From an uncultured Gemmatimonadales bacterium (GTDB lineage: Bacteria > Gemmatimonadota > Gemmatimonadetes > Gemmatimonadales > GWC2-71-9): 64,000 nucleotides of DNA. The stretch lies in contig CAWJMT010000035.1 in NCBI GenBank assembly GCA_963844035.1, forward strand, positions 96,001 to 160,000. Reading direction: 5' to 3'. A model generated the notes under the pieces. The model did not search any database. It was given only the letters and a program-made list of their open reading frames with translations, and was not told where the DNA came from. Below are positions 20,486-32,059 of the stretch, in pieces. Numbering within the stretch: position 1 is the first letter of the stretch; the number at the start of each line of letters is the position of its first letter. Made by a program: the position numbers and the translations under genes.

Positions 20486-21958
20486 TCACCGCAGCGGGCG
20501 GCCGACCGCCGCCTCGAGGTCCACCACCGCTTTGTGATACAGATAGACCGCGTTCACGTATTCATACTCCCCGTTGATCTGCGCCAGCTGGGCATCGAGC
20601 AGCTCGAAGAACGTCCCCGAGCCGACCCGGTACCGCTCGGTGGCGAGCTGGAGCTGCTCGCGCGCCGCCGCGCGGCTGGTGTCCTGGATCCCGATCGCCC
20701 GGAACGCCGTCCCGAGCGTGAGGTGGGCCTGGCTCACCTGGGTGCGCACCTCGAGCCCGCGCGCCCGCACCGATTCCGTCAGGTCGTCCCGCTGTGCCTT
20801 GGCCTGCGACACCTGCAACGGTCGTGAGAAGTTTGCAAAGATGGGGATGCTCACCGTGAGCTGGGCCTGGAACGGCTGGTTGGTGAAATGAAACGGATAC
20901 GCCGACTGCGCATCCCGAATCGCCTGCTGCTGGGCCAGCGCCTGGTCGTAGATCAGCGAGCAGGGGAGCGGCGTGAAGCCGCCGTTCAGCCACGCGGTAT
21001 TCTCGTACTGGCACACGGCGTTGTTCGTGTCTGCCTGGGCCTGGCTGGCCGCGATCGCGGGATTGACGTCGGCGAGCTTCTGCGAGAACCCCGACCACCC
21101 CGCCGAGAACGACAGCGAAGGTCCATAGCTCGACGTCGCCGCGCGCACCGCCCAGCTGGCGGCGTTCTCGCGGGCGCGCAGCGCCTTGAGGGATGGGTTT
21201 TGCGCTTCAGCCATCGTCAGCAGCTCCTCGAGCTTCCACGGCGGCGCCGACACGGGGAACGTGTCCGTCAGCTCGATCGTGGCGACGTCGGTGGGGGGTG
21301 CCACCCCCATGACCTGGAACAAGCGCAGCTTCTCGACCGCCATCACGGTTTGCGCCCGGAGCAGTGCGACCGCCGCCTGCCCGCGGGCGACTTCGGCCTG
21401 GCGGACGTCGATCAGGGTCGCCCGCCCGACTTGGAAGCGCGCGCGCGCGAACTCGAGAAATTGCGCGTCGTGATCGACCCGCGTCTGCGCGACGGACGTG
21501 TTCGCGCGCGCCTGCAACACCGTCAGGTACTGGTCGGTCATCGTCGCGATGAGGTTCGTCTCGGCCCCGACGATGTCGGCGTCGACCGCCGCGAGCTGCG
21601 CCTTTGCCAGGCCGGGCTGAGCGAACGTGGACCCCGAGAGCTCCAAATTGAGGCCGAGGTTGTAGTTCGTCGACCAGGTGCTGACGGACTGCGTGAACGC
21701 CTGCGTGAGGAAGCGCTGCTGCCCCGCACCGGCGTACCCCATCCCGCCCGATGCGCTCACCGCGGGAAGGAAGCTCGCATAGGCGTTGCGCGTCCCCCAG
21801 GCGGCGGGGCCGCGATCGTTCAGGACCTGACGGTAGGCGGGGCTGTGCTCACGCGCGAGCGCGATGGCGTCGGCGAGGGACAGGCGCGCGGGGACCGATT
21901 GACCCGCGCCCAGCGCGGGGCAAAGGACAAGCCCGAGGGTGATCAGCATGTGTCTCAT
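20486..21958 (-). CDS. TolC-family outer membrane protein
   Basis: Signal peptide; LSLADAIALAREHSP; RFQVG and RYRVG repeat ends. Confidence 0.9.
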   Translation of the reverse strand: MRHMLITLGLVLCPALGAGQSVPARLSLADAIALAREHSPAYRQVLNDRGPAAWGTRNAYASFLPAVSASGGMGYAGAGQQRFLTQAFTQSVSTWSTNYNLGLNLELSGSTFAQPGLAKAQLAAVDADIVGAETNLIATMTDQYLTVLQARANTSVAQTRVDHDAQFLEFARARFQVGRATLIDVRQAEVARGQAAVALLRAQTVMAVEKLRLFQVMGVAPPTDVATIELTDTFPVSAPPWKLEELLTMAEAQNPSLKALRARENAASWAVRAATSSYGPSLSFSAGWSGFSQKLADVNPAIAASQAQADTNNAVCQYENTAWLNGGFTPLPCSLIYDQALAQQQAIRDAQSAYPFHFTNQPFQAQLTVSIPIFANFSRPLQVSQAKAQRDDLTESVRARGLEVRTQVSQAHLTLGTAFRAIGIQDTSRAAAREQLQLATERYRVGSGTFFELLDAQLAQINGEYEYVNAVYLYHKAVVDLEAAVGRPLR

Positions 21959-21987
21959 CGGGATCCTAGCGGACGAATGGTGTGATG

Positions 21988-22642
21988 TCACGCTGGTGGC
22001 AGACGCTCGGCGCGGACGCGGCGTGACGGGACCTCGACCTTGTGGAGCTGCGCGCGGTCGTCGAGCCATACGTCGACCACCTGGTTGGCGCCGCCCGTCA
22101 CCGTGACGTGCCGCAGCTGCACGGAGACGCCGTTGATGAGCGTCGTGTCGAGACCGAGGTCGCGAACGGTCAGCGTCTCGCGCCGGCCGGCGCGCGGCAC
22201 GATGGCCTGGATCTCGACGGGCTGCGGCCCCGCCTGCCATGCGACGAACAGATACAGGGCGAACACCGAATCGTCGAGCACGGCAATCCGGCCGGTCCCG
22301 GGAAACTCCCGGGCCTTCTCGGTGCGGCGCCCGAGAAAGCGAACCGTGAAGCGGCCGCGCGACAGCGTGCCGCGGATGCGCTGCGGATCGCGCGGGTCGG
22401 CGACGTCGAACTCGAGGTTCGAGGGCAGGGTGTCGCTGGTGACGTCGAGAATGGGGGCGAGCACCACCGGAGGCTGCTGGTACCGGGAGGTGCTGGCGAG
22501 GGTCCAACCCGGGGAGGCGCCGCGGACGGCGGTCAGGCGGAACTCCTCGTGGGCGATCACGCGCCGTATCGGTGCGCACCACGAGCGACGCCTCGTCGAG
22601 CGGGGCCTGCCACACGAGCATAGCCAGGAGGAGAACGGTCAT
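21988..22642 (-). CDS. Hypothetical secreted protein (indel near 22570)
   Basis: Signal-like N-terminus in one frame and a beta-rich body in the next; overlaps the upstream stop. Confidence 0.6.
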
Positions 22643-23355
22643 GCCGCGCTCTCCAGCACTCGCGTCGCGATGCGGTCGTAGATCATCTTATACAGTCGCT
22701 CGCCCTTCTCGCGGGTGGCGATCGTGGGGTGGCCCACCGACCCCGGGCTTGCGACCGGCAGTCCTCCCCGCTTACCGCGACGGAAGCGCGAGTGGAGTTT
22801 GGTCGGCAGCAAAAAGTCCTCGGCCAGCTCCATGTGCACAAGCTCCGGCGCGAGGTACAGAAGCAGCGAAGTGTCGAGCTCGCTGCCGTGCATCGGGCCA
22901 TCGGGGTCTTCGAGCTGGCCCTCGAAGTCGAGTGCGAACACATCGACCGTGAGCACCCGCGCCTTGCGCGTCCGCAGCGTGGACAGCGCTTCCTGGTGCG
23001 GATCGAACCCGTGCGCGGTGAGAATAATAAACGTGTCGACGCCGGCCTGTTCCCAGGATCCGAGGAGATCGTTCATCCAACGATGCAGCGTCTTGCGGCG
23101 TACGGTGGCGTTGCCGGGATACTCCCGCCGGTTGATCCGGTTGACGCCGTACTCGACGGTGGGTGCGCGTAAGATCTGGAAATCGGCCGAGAGGTCGTCC
23201 GCCAGCCGCTCGACGATCACCGTGTCGCACCCGAGCGGCAGATGGGGGCCATGCTGCTCGCAGGTGCCCACGGGCACCAGCAGGCGCGGGTCGCGTTCGA
23301 GCGACAGGCGTACCTTCTCGGGGGTGAGGGTCTTGAGATGCAGCGGCCCGGTCAT
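22639..23355 (-). CDS. Creatininase-family amidohydrolase
   Basis: PVGTCEQHGPHLPLGCDT, YPG, HGSELDTS, SPGSVGHP...EKG. Confidence 0.9.
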   Translation of the reverse strand: MTGPLHLKTLTPEKVRLSLERDPRLLVPVGTCEQHGPHLPLGCDTVIVERLADDLSADFQILRAPTVEYGVNRINRREYPGNATVRRKTLHRWMNDLLGSWEQAGVDTFIILTAHGFDPHQEALSTLRTRKARVLTVDVFALDFEGQLEDPDGPMHGSELDTSLLLYLAPELVHMELAEDFLLPTKLHSRFRRGKRGGLPVASPGSVGHPTIATREKGERLYKMIYDRIATRVLESAA

Positions 23356-26300
23356 CTAGTCATCGCCGGGGGCATCGCCGCCGTCGCCGCGGCCGAGTGG
23401 CTGCACGGCGCGGCCGCCGGCTGGGCGTGGCTCGCGGGAGCGGCGGGTGTTGCCGCCGTGACCCTCGAGTCGGTGCGGCGGCCGCGGCGCGCCCCCGCGC
23501 TGGGGGCCGCCCTCGCCGTGCTGGTGCTGGGCGTGGTGCTGGTGGACGGGGCCCTGAGGATTCGGCGAATCGAATGCTGCTGGCCCGCGCTGCGGGAGCA
23601 GCGGGTGATCCGCGCCTCCCGGCAGCTGGCCGCCACCTTGTCCGGCGCGGTCGCTGCCGCGCGCCGGCTGGCCGAGGAGGGTGCGCACGGCGCGGACCTG
23701 CCGCGCGCAGCATCGTTTGCGCGGCTGGCCAAGGCGACGCGCGCTGGTCCTCGCGGTACGGAGCGGGGCATCGTCACCTTCAGCGGGAGCGGTGAACCGT
23801 GGGCGTGGGCGGGGCGCCACCGCTTTGTGCCCGCGATCGACACGACGGAACTGCGCGCAGTCATCACCCCATTCTACGTGTCGCTTGAGGCTCGACGCCA
23901 GACGCAGGGGGGTGGCAGCTCCGTCGGGACGGTGCTGCTGTATGCGGCCCCTGCCGTTCCAGACCGCAGCCGCGCCTTGAGCGCCGCCTTCGCGTCGCGA
24001 GCCGCGGCGTCGAGCTGCGGTTCTTCGCACCCCGGCTCGCGCCCGCGGGATCCGACGTGTTCGACTATGCGACCCCGGATGGCGATACGCTGTTCAGCGT
24101 GCTGACGGTACCGCCGACGCAGGGGGACGCCAAACTCGCCGCGCTGATGCGCACCGCCCGGCTCGCGAGCGCGCTGCTCGCGGCGGCGCTTCTCTTGTTG
24201 CTCGCCGCCGCCCCGCCCGGTCGCTGGCGTTGGGTCCGTGGCGCTCGCCGCGACCTGGTGCCTGGTGCGCGCACCGCTGAACCCCGAGACCTCGCTCGCG
24301 GCGTTCTTCTCGCCCGCCACCTTCTATCGGCCGGCGCTGGGCCCCTTCAGTGCGTCGGCGGGATCGTTGATCGTGCTGGCCGCGCTGGTCCTGTTCGCCG
24401 CCGGAATGCTGTGGCGCCGCGGAGTACCGCGGCGCTGGTGGTCGCTCGGGGCTGCGGCGGTGCTGGTCGTTGAGGCACCGTACGTGGTGCGGCACATGGG
24501 ACGGGGCATTACCCCGCCCGCGCAGGGTGTCAGTCTGGCGCTGTGGATGTCCTGGGAAGCGACCCTGGCAGTGACCGGGATGGCGCTCATCCTGCTGGCC
24601 GCCGCGCTGGTACGGGGGTCCACCGAGCCGCGCCGCGCGTCCTGGATCTTGCCGGCCGCCTGCACGTGGGCGGTCCTGGCGGCGATCGCCGGGCTGTGGT
24701 TGTGGAATCCGGACGGCGCCTGGCCCGAGTGGTACACGTTCGTCTGGCTGCCCGCGATCGTGGGCGTCGTGGTCCCGGCCCCGCGGCGCTGGGCGGTGGT
24801 GTCGATCGCGACCGTCGCCGGTACGGCCGCAGCGCTGATCACGTGGGGGGCTGCGGTCGAAGGCCGGATCGCGCTGGCCGATCGGGACGCGCGCGGTCTC
24901 GGCCGGGACGGCGATCCCATGGCCGCAGTGTTGCTGGAGCGCATGGGCGAGCGCGTCGCCGCTGCTCCGGCTCCGCGCACCGCTGGAGACCTGTATGCCT
25001 GGTGGCTCGGGTCCACGCTCGCCCAAGAGGACTATCCGGCGGTGCTTTCCGTCTGGACGCGGGCAGATGAGCCCAAGTCCGAGCTGCGGCTTGCCACCCT
25101 CGATCTCTCCACGCCGCTGATCGCGGCGTTGGTCCACTCACCCGAGACGCGGCGCGGGCCACGGGTGGAGCGGGTGGAAGCCGTTCCCGGCGTTCACTAC
25201 GTGCTGATCGCGCCCTTGGCGAACGGGGACGTCCTGGCCGTCGGCGTGGGGCCGCGCTCCCGTCTGGTGCCTTCGAGTCGCGCTGCGCGGTTTCTCCACG
25301 GCGACCTCCCCGTCACCGCGCCGTATGCGATCGTGTTGTCGCTCCCGAGCCACTCCTCGGCGCCCGTGAGCACGCGGCTCGCGTGGACCCGGGAAGCGTG
25401 GTCGGCGCGCGGCGAACGGGGTGTCGAGCTCCCGGGCGGCGAGCGTCACGTGCATCTCCGCGTCGACCTGCGCGGGCCCTGGCCCCTGCTCGTGCGGGGC
25501 GCGCTGGTGGTCGCGGTCGACGTGGCGCTGCTCGCGGGATGCTGGCTGCTCGGTCTGATGATCGCGGAAGGGTGGCGCCCGAAGTTCCCCCCCATCCTGC
25601 AGGTGCTCCGCACCAGCTTCCGCATGCGGGTCGCGGCGGCGCTGGCCACGTTCTTCGTGCTCCCGGTGCTGGCCTTCGCGGCGTGGAGCTTCACGCGCCT
25701 GCGCGACGATGCGCGTGCCACGCGCGACCTGCTCATTCGTCAGACGCTCAGAGATGCGGCAAGCACGGCGGGTGCCCTGCCGATCGAGCGCGCCGACGTG
25801 TTGCAGGCGGCCGTCGGGGATCTGGGGACGAGGCTCGACGCCGACCTGTGGCTGTATCGAGACGGAGTGCTGGTGGGTACGAGCACGCCGGTGCTGGGCG
25901 AGCTCGGCTTAGCGAGCCCGTTGCTTGCGGCACCGGTCTTTCAACATCTCGCGCTCGAGGACGATCTGGATCAGCAGGCCGATGGCCGGATGGCGGGGCG
26001 GCGCATCCGCATCGGGTACCGCGTCGTGATTGCGGGCCCGCCCCGGTTCCAGGCGGTGCTCGCGGCGCCGCAGCTTTTGGACGACGAGCAGGTGAGCCAA
26101 CAGCAGGAGGACCTGGCCCTGGCGCTGTTGCTCGCGGCGTTCGGCGGCGTGGCGGCGGCGATCTACCTCGCGGGGCTCAGCGCCCGAGGTCTCGCGCGGC
26201 CGGTGGCGGTGCTGCGCGAGGCGGCGGTGGCGGTGGGCAGCGGGACGACGCTGCCCGCGTTTTCTCCCGGACCGTTGCAGGAATTCGCGCCGGTGATGGC

Positions 26301-27382
26301 GGCCTTCGAGCGCATGGCCAGCGACGTCAAGACGAGTCAGGCGGCCCTCGAGGAAGCGCGCCGCCGGGCGGCCCAGGTGCTGGCGAATGTCGCGACCGGC
26401 GTGATCGCCGTGGACGACGGGCTGCGCGTGACCACGGCCAACGGGCGCGCGGCCGAGCTGGTGGGCCTGGCGCTGGCGCCGGGGGACCCGTTGCCGCACG
26501 AGGCGGGCGCCTGGCATCCGGTGTGGAAGACGGTGCGGGACTTCCTGGCGCGCGGCGCCGGCGCGATCGTGGAGCGGGAGTTCACGATCGACGGGCGCCA
26601 GATTCGGGTGCAGGTCGCACCGCTCGGTCCCGAGCCGCGCGGGTGCGTCGTCGCGCTCGATGACACCACGGCGCTGTCCCGCGCCGCACGTGTGCTGGCG
26701 TGGGGGGAGATGGCTCGCCAGGTGGCGCACGAGATCAAGAACCCGCTCACGCCGATCCGGCTGGGAATCCAGCACCTGCAGCGGGCGCGCCGCAGCGACA
26801 AGAACTTCGATGCCACATTGCAGGACACGGCGCGGCGGATCCTCTCCGAGATCGACCGGCTCGACGCCATCGCGCGCGCGTTCTCGCGCTTCGGCTCGCC
26901 GGGGGAAGAGGCGCTGCCGCTCGAGCCCGTGGACCTGTATCGCCACGGCGCGGGAAGTGGTGCAGCTGTACACGCTGGGCGGTCCGGCCCGCGCCGCGCG
27001 ATTCGAGGTCGTCGGCGAGACGGGCGCACCGGTGCTGGCGCGCCGCGACGAGGTGAAGGAGGTGCTCGTCAACCTGCTCGAGAACGCGCGCAACGCGGAG
27101 GCGCGCCGCGTGGTGGTGCGCGTTCCCGCCGATGGCCGCCTGCTGGTGGTCGAGGACGACGGCCACGGGATTCCGGCCGAGGTGCTTCCACGGGTGTTTG
27201 AGCCGGCGTTTTCGACCACGTCGAGCGGATCCGGGCTCGGACTGGCCATCGCGCGGCGTCTGGTGGAGGGGTGGGGTGGAACGATCGGCCTGGCGAGCAC
27301 GCCGGGGCAGGGTACGACGGTGACGATCAGCTTTCCAGCTGCGCGGCCGCGCGATAGCGGGGCCCGCCGGCGAGTGCGCTAG
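23338..27382 (+). CDS. Very large multi-TM NtrY-like sensor histidine kinase (indels near 24000, 24235 and 26940)
   Basis: Many TMs; HAMP; PAS-like region; WGEMARQVAHEIKNPLTP; NLLENA; DDGHG; GSGLGLAI. Confidence 0.85.
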
Positions 27383-29442
27383 GCCACGACCGCCACGGCG
27401 GCGGGCAGCAGGACGTGGAAGGTGGCGCCGCGATCGGGGTTGTTGACCGCCCACAGTTTGCCGCCGTGGCCGCGAACGATCGAGCGACAGATCGCGAGCC
27501 CCAGGCCCGGGCGTTGCGGCTTCGACGTGACGAACGGCTCGAACACCTGGTCCAGCTGGTCGGGCGCGATGCCGACCCCAGGGTCCGCCACGGAGAGCTG
27601 AGCGGCGCCGTCCGAGGTGCGGGCGGTCGTGATGGTCAGGCGGCGGTCGCCGCCATTCCGGTCGCCGATCGCTTCGCAGGCGTTCACGATCAAATGGAAC
27701 ACCACCTGTTGCAACTGTACCGGGTCTGCGGTAATCGCGGGAAGCGACGCGGCGAGCCGGAGGTCCGCTGACACCCCGCGCGCCACCAGATCGCCTTCGA
27801 GCGTGGCGAGGACGTCTCTGACGACTTCGTTGAGATCGAGTCGCCGAGGCTGCATTGCGCTGCGTTTCGTGAGCGCGTGCAGGCGCTGAATCACGTCGGC
27901 GGCGCGATGGTTGTCGTGCGTGATATCTTCGAGGATGTTGCGCAGCTCGACAAGATCGGGCTGTTTGCGCGTCAGTATCCGCTGGCCCGCCCGGGCGTTG
28001 GCCAGAATCGCCGCGAGGGGCTGGTTCACTTCATGCGCCAGCGCCCCGGCGAGCTCGCCGAGCAGCTCGGTGCGGCCCACACGCGCCAGCTCGCCCCGCC
28101 GGGCCAACGCCTGCTCCTCGGCACGCTTCCGGTCCGTAATGTCGGCCACGACGCCGATCATGCGAACCGCAGTTTCTCCGCCGTCGCAATGTGCTCGTCC
28201 CTTGCTCATGACCCAGCGGACACCGCCCTCCGGCGCAGGTATCCGGAATTCCGCTTCGTACTCGGCGCAGCGCTCGATCGCGCCCGCGACCGCGCGCATC
28301 AGTGTCGGTCGGTCCTCAGCGCTGAGCAGATCCAGGAATTGATCGAGCGGCGGCCTGCGATCGTCGGCGGAAGCGCCGAGAATGTCCCGCGACTTGGGCG
28401 ACCACGACAATCGGTCGCCCGCGAGGGCCCAGTCGAGCGTCCCCAGCTGCGCCGCGTCCAACGCGAGCGCCAGCCGCTCACCGCTGTGACGGGCGCTTGC
28501 TTCGGCGCGTCCCCGCTCCTCGATCACCGCGGCGAGACTCAGCAGCGGCACCGAGACCACGATCAGGAACAGCTGCATGGCCAGCGCGTTCTCCGCGGGC
28601 GAGTGTGACACAAACGGCCCGTGTCCGTGAATTGCGCCCCAGATTGCGAACATCGCGACGAACACCACGCTGACGCTCGCACCGGGCGCTCCGAATCGCA
28701 CGGCCGCCCATAGCAGGAGCGGCAGCGGGGCGTACAGCAGGGCGGGGGTGGCACGCGGTCCCGCTGCGAAGACGTAGAGACACACGGTAACCAGTGCAGC
28801 GGCGAGGAGACCGCCCTCGACGTAGCGCCGGACCGGCGCCTTCAATACGTCGGCCAGATCCCCTGTACCCACCGCCACGATGACCGGTACCAGGGTGAGG
28901 GTCGCCAGCATGTTGGAGAAGAAACGGATGCGCCACGCGTCCCAGAACGCCACTGCTCCAAAGTGGTTGAGCTTCACGAACGCGATGTCGATGAACGACG
29001 ACAGGAACACCGCGAGGAAGGTGGCCAGCGCGAACAAGCCTACACGGCGAAAGCTGTCGAGACGCAGTGGATCACTGCGCACCAGGCGGACGCAGGCGGC
29101 GCCGATCAACGCTTCGCTGCAATTGCTCACGAACCAGCACAACACCATGGCGGGCGGGAGGCCACTCCCAAGTTCTACCGCGAGGTGGGCGGGGAACGCG
29201 GCGAGCAGAATCACCCACCAGGAGCGCGGCGGCGTCACGAGCAGCGCGCCGAGCAGGATGGCGTTGGGAGGCCACAACGTGGACACGGCCTGGGGAGGCA
29301 TCGTCAGCGCCATGCCGATCTTCGCCCCGACGAAGTAGGCGACCGACACGACCAGGCCGGTGAGCGCCGCCGACGCCAGGTGTCCCGGTGCCGCGGCGTT
29401 GCCGGTTCCATTGTGGAGCGGGGCTTGCGTCGGGTTCATCAT
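27379..29442 (-). CDS. MASE1-PAS histidine kinase
   Basis: LWPPNAILLGAL and WAAVRFG (MASE1); PAS/PAC; LAHEVNQPLAAILANA; GLGLAICRSI. Confidence 0.9.
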   Translation of the reverse strand: MMNPTQAPLHNGTGNAAAPGHLASAALTGLVVSVAYFVGAKIGMALTMPPQAVSTLWPPNAILLGALLVTPPRSWWVILLAAFPAHLAVELGSGLPPAMVLCWFVSNCSEALIGAACVRLVRSDPLRLDSFRRVGLFALATFLAVFLSSFIDIAFVKLNHFGAVAFWDAWRIRFFSNMLATLTLVPVIVAVGTGDLADVLKAPVRRYVEGGLLAAALVTVCLYVFAAGPRATPALLYAPLPLLLWAAVRFGAPGASVSVVFVAMFAIWGAIHGHGPFVSHSPAENALAMQLFLIVVSVPLLSLAAVIEERGRAEASARHSGERLALALDAAQLGTLDWALAGDRLSWSPKSRDILGASADDRRPPLDQFLDLLSAEDRPTLMRAVAGAIERCAEYEAEFRIPAPEGGVRWVMSKGRAHCDGGETAVRMIGVVADITDRKRAEEQALARRGELARVGRTELLGELAGALAHEVNQPLAAILANARAGQRILTRKQPDLVELRNILEDITHDNHRAADVIQRLHALTKRSAMQPRRLDLNEVVRDVLATLEGDLVARGVSADLRLAASLPAITADPVQLQQVVFHLIVNACEAIGDRNGGDRRLTITTARTSDGAAQLSVADPGVGIAPDQLDQVFEPFVTSKPQRPGLGLAICRSIVRGHGGKLWAVNNPDRGATFHVLLPAAVAVVA

Positions 29443-29478
29443 CGGCACGCAATGTATCCCTTCGCGGGCGAGACGCGA

Positions 29479-29498
29479 CCCTACCCTTTGGTGCCATA
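29479..29498 (+). promoter_or_regulatory. Degenerate copy of the 20-bp regulon box
   Basis: CCCTACCCTTTGGTGCCATA in a divergent intergenic gap. Confidence 0.45.
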
Positions 29499-29536
29499 TC
29501 CAACGGGACCGGCCGGAGGAAACATTCGGGCTGACC

Positions 29537-30715
29537 ATGAAACGTCTGCGCTCGATCGCGGTCTTGCTGGGCCTCGCTGCTCTGGCCGTGTCCGCGATCG
29601 GGGCGCAGGAACGGCCGTCCGCCGTGGACAGTCTCCCCGTCGCGTTCTCTCCCGACGCGGGCCCGGAGGCCACCACTCGCCCCGACAGCGGCGGGTTCAA
29701 GATCACACCGCTGCTGGCCCCTGCGTATAACCCGGAGATGCAGTTCCTCATCGCCGGGGGAGTGCTGCTGTCGTGGAAGGCGGGTGTCAACCCCGTTCGA
29801 CTGCAGCGGTCGACCTTGTCCTCCACCATCTCGATTTCGAGCACCGGCGCCGTCAACATTTCGAATTCGCTCACGGCGTTCTGGCTCCAGGACCGTCTTC
29901 GCATCACGGCCGACCTCGCCTTCAAGAACATGCCGGACAACTACTGGGGTGTGGGCTATCGAGACGGCCTCGAGCCGGAGAAGGGCGACAGCACCACGGC
30001 ATACCAGCGGCAATGGGTCAAGTTCGGCGCGCGAGTGGTGTGGGGGGTGGCAAAGCACTGGTTCATCGGCGGCACCTTCGATCTCAATCACACGATTGCG
30101 AGCGATGTGAACCCGGCCATGGCGGCCGACCCGTACTACGTGCGCTACGGCCCCGACAACAAGAACGGCGGCCTGGGAGTGGCCGCACAATACGATAGCC
30201 GGGACGTGGCGACCAATGCCTGGCGCGGCACGTACGTGGGGCTCACGGCGACGTTCTACGACCGCAGGCTCGGCGCAGAGGAGCAGTATCAGGTCGTTCT
30301 CCTCGACTATCGGCAGTACAAGACCCTGGGACGGGATGGCCGGACCCTCGCCTGGCAGCTCAAGGCCCGGGTGGTCGCGCACGAAGCGCCCTGGCCGGAG
30401 CTGTCCATGCTCGGCACGGGATACGATCTCCGGGCGTACGTCGAAGGCCGGTTCCGGGACCGCACCGCGCTGAGCGGAGTCACGGAGTACCGCCACATGT
30501 TCGTGCGGGACGACGGGCGGCTGTCGCGCTTCGGCTTCGTGAGCTGGCTCGGCGCCGGCACGCTGGGAAGGGACCTGACACATCTGACCGGGCTCTTGCC
30601 GGCCGCCGGGGTGGGGCTTCGATTCCAGTTGCAGCCTCGCGGCAACGTGCGGTGCGACTTCGGGTTGGGTAAGGGCTCCTACGGCATCTACTTCAACTTC
30701 ACCGAGGCGTTCTAG
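29537..30715 (+). CDS. Omp85/BamA-TamA family barrel-only outer membrane protein
   Basis: GGAGG RBS; signal peptide; YDSRD; LRAYVEGRFRDR; GVGLRF; C-terminal FNFTEAF. Confidence 0.82.
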   Translation: MKRLRSIAVLLGLAALAVSAIGAQERPSAVDSLPVAFSPDAGPEATTRPDSGGFKITPLLAPAYNPEMQFLIAGGVLLSWKAGVNPVRLQRSTLSSTISISSTGAVNISNSLTAFWLQDRLRITADLAFKNMPDNYWGVGYRDGLEPEKGDSTTAYQRQWVKFGARVVWGVAKHWFIGGTFDLNHTIASDVNPAMAADPYYVRYGPDNKNGGLGVAAQYDSRDVATNAWRGTYVGLTATFYDRRLGAEEQYQVVLLDYRQYKTLGRDGRTLAWQLKARVVAHEAPWPELSMLGTGYDLRAYVEGRFRDRTALSGVTEYRHMFVRDDGRLSRFGFVSWLGAGTLGRDLTHLTGLLPAAGVGLRFQLQPRGNVRCDFGLGKGSYGIYFNFTEAF

Positions 30716-30720
30716 CGGGA

Positions 30721-30740
30721 GATTGGACTTTGGTGCAATG
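30721..30740 (+). promoter_or_regulatory. 20-bp regulon box
   Basis: GATTGGACTTTGGTGCAATG; TAGTTT 22 nt downstream. Confidence 0.75.
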
Positions 30741-30799
30741 GGTGGCCGGCGGCCGGGCGGCGTAGTTTCGCATGCACCCCTCAACCCAAGGACGTTGCC

Positions 30800-31339
30800 A
30801 TGAACGCAGCACCGCACCGCCTGTTCGTCCTCTTGCTGGCTTTCGCCGCAGCCGCTCCGGCGGTGCGTGCTCAGGGCGCACCCGCGGCGAAACCCGCAGC
30901 CAAGCCCGCGGCGAAGCCCGCGGCCGCCGCTCCGGACACCTCCACGGCTGCTGCCATCGCGCTGCTCCGCTCGGACGTTCGTGCGGGCAAGAAGGAGCTC
31001 ATCGCGCACGCGCTCGACCTCACCCCTGAGCAGGCCAAAGTGTTCTGGCCGATGTACCAGACGTACGACGCCCAGGCCACCAAGCTCGGCGACGAGCGCG
31101 TGGCGCTGATTATGGACTTCGCCGCGCACTACGACTCCATGACGGATGTGAAGGCGCTGGAGCTGGCGACCAAGGCGACGGACCTCGAGGTGCGCCGCGC
31201 CAAGCTCCGTGCCGACCAGATCCCGATCATGTCGAAGAGCATGCCGGCCAAGCTCGTGGCCCGGTTCGTTCAGGCCGATGCGTATATCGCCAAGGCGATC
31301 GACTTGAAGCTGGCGGACGAGCTCCCGTTCATTAAGTAG
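30800..31339 (+). CDS. Secreted alpha-helical hypothetical protein with PAAK repeats
   Basis: Signal peptide ending VRA-Q; LDLTPEQAKVFWPMYQTY. Confidence 0.8.
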   Translation: MNAAPHRLFVLLLAFAAAAPAVRAQGAPAAKPAAKPAAKPAAAAPDTSTAAAIALLRSDVRAGKKELIAHALDLTPEQAKVFWPMYQTYDAQATKLGDERVALIMDFAAHYDSMTDVKALELATKATDLEVRRAKLRADQIPIMSKSMPAKLVARFVQADAYIAKAIDLKLADELPFIK

Positions 31340-31364
31340 CTCCGGTAGCTCCGCTAAACGATCG

Positions 31365-31400
31365 GCGGCCGCCCCGGAATCGAGGGGCGGCCGCTTTCTT
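31365..31400 (+). terminator. Intrinsic terminator
   Basis: GCGGCCGCCCC-N8-GGGGCGGCCGC followed by TTTCTT. Confidence 0.8.
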
Positions 31401-31419
31401 GTCTCCAGCAGCGAGCGGG

Positions 31420-32037
31420 CTAGCGGCGGCGGGAGTAGAAACCGATGCCGACGCTCAGGTACTGAAAGCTGCGGGCTTCCCGGCTCAAGAAGCTGCCGGC
31501 GCTGATGGGATAGTTGTAGCGGACGTGCAGGACCGTGCCGACCGTGCCGCGCACAGGCAGCAGCAAGCCGACCTCCGGGGCCACTCCGAAGATCCAGTTG
31601 TCTGTTGTCGGTGAAGATCGCGCCGATGTTGAACTCTTGGTGGAAGTAGTACGCGCCCGCGTTGAGCCCGATGTATGGCCGGGCGCCGTATCCCGCGTGG
31701 CCGCCGTGCATAGAAGGCGCTGAGCATGAGCGGCACGGCGAACAGGTGACGATACTGTTGCCCGGAAATCGCCCCGCTCGGCAGCTGGATGAGGTCCGTC
31801 GTGTTCGTCGTAAAACTCGGAATAGCTCACCGACAGGCCGAACGAGACGTTTTCGCTCGTGAACGTCCGCAGGTCCAACCCGAAGCCGAGCCAGCTGTCG
31901 TTCTCGATGTAGTCCTTCATGTCGCCCATGGGCATCGCCCAGTCGTAGGACCAGCCAATGACCTTTTGGGCGACGGCAGGGCGCGCGGCACCGACCAGCA
32001 GGGCGGCGGCGAGCGGGAGAAGTCGTAGGCAACGCAT
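31420..32037 (-). CDS. Small outer-membrane beta-barrel protein (several indels)
   Basis: Signal peptide; alternating strands GFGLDLR, FGVAPEVGLL, YLSVGIGFY. Confidence 0.7.
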   Translation of the reverse strand: MRCLRLLPLAAALLVGAARPAVAQKVIGWSYDWAMPMGDMKDYIENDSWLGFGLDLRTFTSENVSFGLSVSYSEFYDEHDGPHPAAERGDFRATVSSPVRRAAHAQRLLCTAATRDTAPGHTSGSTRARTTSTKSSTSARSSPTTDNWIFGVAPEVGLLLPVRGTVGTVLHVRYNYPISAGSFLSREARSFQYLSVGIGFYSRRR

Positions 32038-32059
32038 TGGTCCGCTCCGGTGGTCCACG

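Noticed and set aside
20486..22642. 718-aa TolC with a long N-terminal extension
   Set aside because: An upstream gene's indel joins the frames. TolC has its own signal peptide starting at 21958.
29072..32032. 986-aa minus-strand ORF
   Set aside because: Antisense or off-frame shadow of real genes.
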